64,000 nt of DNA from Sulfurospirillaceae bacterium (lineage in GTDB: Bacteria; Campylobacterota; Campylobacteria; Campylobacterales; Sulfurospirillaceae). The position numbers were made by a program, and so were the translations under genes. Below, in pieces: positions 60,079-64,000 of the stretch. Below the pieces are notes generated by a model. It was given only the letters and a program-made list of their open reading frames with translations, was not told where the DNA came from and searched no databases. The number at the start of each line of letters is the position of its first letter. The first letter of the stretch is position 1. Where the stretch lies: positions 28,805 to 92,804 of the forward strand of contig JAWVXD010000009.1 of NCBI GenBank assembly GCA_033723415.1, in the 5' to 3' direction.

Positions 60079-61301
60079 TATTTGCCCCCAATCGGTTTTT
60101 CAAATTTCGTGATTATTGGCAGAGCAAGCCACAATAAAATAAAGATACTCGCCGGTACTGGGCCATAAGTTTTATAGATACCCTCAGGCGGCAATTTACC
60201 CATAATCGTGAGTACTACCATCGTAATGAGTAGCAACCAAAACCATACTTTAAACGCACCTCTTCTATTAGCAGGTCCAACATTTGGACTTCGATCCAAG
60301 AAAGGTAAAAATATAAATATAACTTGTGCAAAACCAAAAGCTAAAAGCCCAGGATTTTTAGGGAAAGGTCTTAATATCTCGTAAGTCCATAAAAAATACC
60401 ATTCAGGATATATATGTGTCGGTGTTTTTAGTCCATTTGCAGGATCAAAGTTTACAGGATCCATCGCAAATTCATAATGAAAAAATACCAGATAGAAGAA
60501 GAAAATAAAGAAAAATCCTAGAACTACTATATCTTTACTTAAGAAGTCAAATTGAAATCTTATAACTTTAGAATTTTTTGTATTGCCTGACAAATATTTT
60601 TCAGATTCTTCTTTGAAATCAATCTCTTCACCGTCTTGATTATTAACATGAGGCAATCTTAAAGTTGCAAAGTGAAATACGATCAAAGCCATAACAGCAA
60701 GTGGAAGCAACACAACGTGTAGCATAAAGAATCTGTTCAAGAATGCATCACCAGGAACAAAGCCTCCTCTGATCCATTCAACCAATCCCGTTAAATCTAG
60801 TGATCCAAGACTAAAGATATCTGTGATAACAGTACCTGCCCAATAGCTCATCTGCCCCCAAGGAAGCATATAGCCACTGAAAGCTTCACCTGAAAATGTT
60901 ACAAATAAAAGCATGCCTGAGATCCATATCATCTCTCTGCCTTTTTTGTAACTTCCGTAGTATATACCTGTAAACATATGTATATATATGATCAAAAATA
61001 CAACTGAAGCAGCTACTGCGTGAATGTGTCTCCACAACCAACCATAACCTACTTGACTCATGATAGTGTAGTTAACACTGTCAAATGCTAACTTAGTGTC
61101 AGGTTTGTAATACATCAATAAAAATATTCCAGAAATTAACAGCAACCCAAACGTTACAGCTAAAATCATACCCATTGCCCATAAAAAGTTTATATTTTTA
61201 GGAATCCAATATTCAGTTGCTAAAACTTTTCTTACTGAATCAACAGCTAGTCTTTGATTTAGCCACTCATGAACACTTGTCGCCTTTTTGAAATGTGCCA
61301 T
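60078..61301 (-). CDS. petB: Cytochrome b
   Basis: WRHIHA, IYIHM, GYMLPWGQMSYW, PEWY. Confidence 0.97.
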   Translation of the reverse strand: MAHFKKATSVHEWLNQRLAVDSVRKVLATEYWIPKNINFLWAMGMILAVTFGLLLISGIFLLMYYKPDTKLAFDSVNYTIMSQVGYGWLWRHIHAVAASVVFLIIYIHMFTGIYYGSYKKGREMIWISGMLLFVTFSGEAFSGYMLPWGQMSYWAGTVITDIFSLGSLDLTGLVEWIRGGFVPGDAFLNRFFMLHVVLLPLAVMALIVFHFATLRLPHVNNQDGEEIDFKEESEKYLSGNTKNSKVIRFQFDFLSKDIVVLGFFFIFFFYLVFFHYEFAMDPVNFDPANGLKTPTHIYPEWYFLWTYEILRPFPKNPGLLAFGFAQVIFIFLPFLDRSPNVGPANRRGAFKVWFWLLLITMVVLTIMGKLPPEGIYKTYGPVPASIFILLWLALPIITKFEKPIGGK

Positions 61302-61311
61302 CAATCCTCCC

Positions 61312-61821
61312 TTATACTGTTAAGCCAGCGGCTTTTAATTTTTTAAATTCTGGACCTGCTTCACCGATAACTACTTTAGTGCCCTCTAACTTAAAAGGAG
61401 GGATGTGTAAAGGTGCCGGAGGAGGAGATTTTAGAACATAACCGTTTGAATCATACTGACCGCCGTGACAAGCACAAATAAATTTATGTTGTTTAGGAAA
61501 ATAAGAAGGAATACACCCAAGGTGAGTACATATACCTATACAGATGAGATATCTGCTTCCATCAACGATAACCTCTCTAGGATCTTTTTTCATATCCGGA
61601 GTCTTTTTAAGTATAAAGACAGGTTTCCCTCTCCATTTTGCAACATACAGTGCGTTAGGTTCTGCTGCGCTTAAGTCTATAGTAGAAAACCCTGCTGCCA
61701 TAACGCTTGGTAGCGGGTCCCAAGTTCTCTTGGCAGCACCAAGAGCAGCTATTCCGCCAAGTGCAGTAAAACCACCAAGAGCCATACCAAGAAAATCTCT
61801 TCTCTCTTTTTTTATCGCCAT
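61312..61821 (-). CDS. petA: Rieske iron-sulfur subunit
   Basis: Tat signal RRDFL, CTHLGC, CACHGG. Confidence 0.97.
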   Translation of the reverse strand: MAIKKERRDFLGMALGGFTALGGIAALGAAKRTWDPLPSVMAAGFSTIDLSAAEPNALYVAKWRGKPVFILKKTPDMKKDPREVIVDGSRYLICIGICTHLGCIPSYFPKQHKFICACHGGQYDSNGYVLKSPPPAPLHIPPFKLEGTKVVIGEAGPEFKKLKAAGLTV

Positions 61822-62134
61822 TGCTTTCCTTTCAATTTATTGTATATGATGTAGATTTTCATTTTACCTAATTTGTTTTAAAATTTTAATGACATACGTC
61901 AATTTTTAAACAATTATATTAGGGCAATTCGTAAATTACACATTTTTTTTAGGATAAACGGTATTTTGCCACAAATTAGCTTTTAAAATTATAATCAAAA
62001 TATTAAATTTCTTTAATATTTTGATTAATTTTTGTTTTAATATCAAATGCCATTAGACTTCTAAATCAAGTTAGTTTACTTATACAAAGGAGTGTTTTAA
62101 CTTTATGATTTAATTTTTTGATATTAGTAAAATA

Positions 62135-62500
62135 TTAATGAGTAGAACATGTTCCTTGTCCGGTACTTCGTTCAAGCTTTCCGTCTAAGAACATTTTTAT
62201 GCTATCTTTCACGGTTACAGAAGTCCTATCAAAATATACATCAAGACCTATTTTTGAAAAGCCTTCCGCGGGTTTCCCTCCTATGCCCACGACTATAAGA
62301 GCATCTGGTTTGAAGTCCATAATATTTGTGATGGCATTACCACATCCGCCTGTCGTGTGCCCAGGATTTGCAACGCCCTCAACATTGACTATCTTATCGT
62401 TTTCAAGCGTGATAACAGTATAAAATTTTGCTTTACCGAAGTGTGCGCCTCTTGGCGACAAGTAACCCTCATTCGTGTCCGTTGGAAATACTAATTTCAT
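62135..62500 (-). CDS. NifB/NifX-family (IssA-like) metal-cluster-binding protein
   Basis: HFGKAKFY, NPGHTTGGC, GIGG, C-terminal CSTH. Confidence 0.85.
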   Translation of the reverse strand: MKLVFPTDTNEGYLSPRGAHFGKAKFYTVITLENDKIVNVEGVANPGHTTGGCGNAITNIMDFKPDALIVVGIGGKPAEGFSKIGLDVYFDRTSVTVKDSIKMFLDGKLERSTGQGTCSTH

Positions 62501-62519
62501 CTTTTTCCCCTTTTTAATG

Positions 62520-62666
62520 TTATTTGCTAATTTCTATAAACTTTCTGCAACCCTTTTCAGGAGTTCCTCCGTTTGTGGAGTACTCTTTTGCTCCATCTTT
62601 AAATAGGTTGTACCTTTTACATTCATTCTTCTTTATACATTTGTCATTGTTACAAGCTAGTGTCAT
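62520..62666 (-). CDS. 48-aa four-Cys protein, not in the ORF track
   Basis: My translation MTLACNNDKCIKKNECKRYNLFKDGAKEYSTNGGTPEKGCRKFIEISK; GGGAG RBS; fills the gap in the operon. Confidence 0.7.
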   Translation of the reverse strand: MTLACNNDKCIKKNECKRYNLFKDGAKEYSTNGGTPEKGCRKFIEISK

Positions 62667-62958
62667 CTTGCTCCCTTTTTTTTACTTCCAGCATTTTGTT
62701 GTTTAGTAGCGCATCGGCTATTTTTTTTCTTGCAGATTCAACGAGTCTTGAAAAAGTAGTGCGCGATATGTGCATCTTGTCTGCACACTCTTGTTGATAC
62801 AACGATTCATAATCTGCTAATCTTACGGCTTCCATCTCATCTTCATAAAGAATGACAGATTCTAGTGAATCGCTTCTAATACCGCGAGGTTTGAAGCAGA
62901 TTTCACTATGGTCTGCATCTATATTTCTATCTTTGCGTCTTCTTCCACAACAAGGCAT
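62650..62958 (-). CDS. DUF134-family predicted DNA-binding protein
   Basis: FKPRG, EMEAVRLAD, QQECADKMHISRTTF, ARKKIADAL. Confidence 0.9.
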   Translation of the reverse strand: MPCCGRRRKDRNIDADHSEICFKPRGIRSDSLESVILYEDEMEAVRLADYESLYQQECADKMHISRTTFSRLVESARKKIADALLNNKMLEVKKREQDDTSL

Positions 62959-63163
62959 AGCATCTCCTTTATGAACATATGTCCGAAATTATATCGTGCA
63001 AAGAATTATATGTCAATATATTTTAAAATTATTTTTTTAATAATATTATTTTATTATATAAGTGAAATCTCATAATCTTGTAAAAGTGTTTAAATTGGAT
63101 GTAGCAAAACCCTATGATCTTAGATGCGGAAAATTATAGATGATGACGTTATTATTGTGAAGT

Positions 63164-63799
63164 CTAGTTTTCTAGTTTCAATAATTTAAAATCATTCAAT
63201 TCCAAGCATGCACTTTTGCAAAACGCTTCTTTTGCACCGGCAGAATGAGTGTGTCCGTGAATGTTAATATCACATTTTGTAAAGATATAAATCTCCTCTA
63301 ACACTTTGGTAAGAGAGTTGTATTTTGTGTCATGAGGGTTGTTATTGAAAATAGGAAAGTGAGAAAACATGATTCGTTTATCGTTTATGTCACAAACCCA
63401 GCATGCCAAAAGTTTATTGTTGAGTTCATCTTTTGTAAAAATACTCATTAGGTATTTCATCACTTGGTCTTTTTCATCGATATCCAATCTTAGATAATCA
63501 ATGATATCCCAGCCTATTTCACGATAGAAGTTTAAATACTTATTTTTTAGATCATGATTGCCGATGATCAAAGTGATGTGTCCGTTTAACTCTTGAGCTC
63601 TTTTATAACCTTCTTTCAAGCCTACATCTCCCAGATGCAAGAGGGTATCTTCTTTTTTAACGCTTCGGTTCCACATATCTATGATCATCTCATCAAAATC
63701 CGCATATCCCTCCATCCGGGCTTTCGAGACACGCGAGGGTTCGTAAATAAGAATATTGGGATGCCCAAAATGAGTGTCTGCGGTCACATAATTGATCAT
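63164..63799 (-). CDS. Calcineurin-like metallophosphoesterase
   Basis: DTHFGH, HLGD, GNHD, SHFP, HGHTH. Confidence 0.88.
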   Translation of the reverse strand: MINYVTADTHFGHPNILIYEPSRVSKARMEGYADFDEMIIDMWNRSVKKEDTLLHLGDVGLKEGYKRAQELNGHITLIIGNHDLKNKYLNFYREIGWDIIDYLRLDIDEKDQVMKYLMSIFTKDELNNKLLACWVCDINDKRIMFSHFPIFNNNPHDTKYNSLTKVLEEIYIFTKCDINIHGHTHSAGAKEAFCKSACLELNDFKLLKLEN

Positions 63800-64000
63800 G
63801 TTACTTTTCTCGCTCTCACTTATCTTGAGCCTTTTTAAACTTTCTTTGTTCTTGAACTCATGTCATATCCAATAAAGTTTGATACATATATTTCTTTAAT
63901 TATACTGTTATTTGGCTAATTATAACTACCTTAACTAATAAGATTACCCAAAATATAAAATAAAGTTTGATATGGTATTGCATCCCAGTTTATATTTCAA

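Overview
Low-GC chromosomal window from a Campylobacterota bacterium, probably a free-living Sulfurospirillum-like member of Campylobacterales. The assignment rests on the dimeric dUTPase, CiaB, single-chain NifJ, dihaem PetC and the mraY-murD/gpmI/fabG-acpP-fabF-accA gene order. Core content: TolC/MacAB-type efflux operon, luxS, nifJ, purT, recQ, a TPP-riboswitch-led thiSGHFE operon, tRNA-Phe, xth, cell-wall and fatty-acid genes, and petABC. Unusual content: (1) A ~9 kb accessory island (about 27.0-36.2 kb) of unrelated one- or two-gene cargo units. Their boundaries carry a recurring ~80-100 bp imperfect palindrome (arms like GAATTCnGGnGACAG-TATACCTAA). The island also holds two copies of a ~290-325 bp structured repeat with compensatory base changes and one isolated attC-like site, yet no integrase or transposase lies in the window. 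(2) A peptide ABC importer clustered with C26 and M20 hydrolases and a divergent aspartoacylase/ACY3-like gene. (3) A double-cubane-cluster-type reductase plus ATP-dependent activator behind a structured leader. (4) A 48-aa four-Cys protein missed by the ORF track. All calls come from reading the sequence and recalled family motifs; no searches were run.
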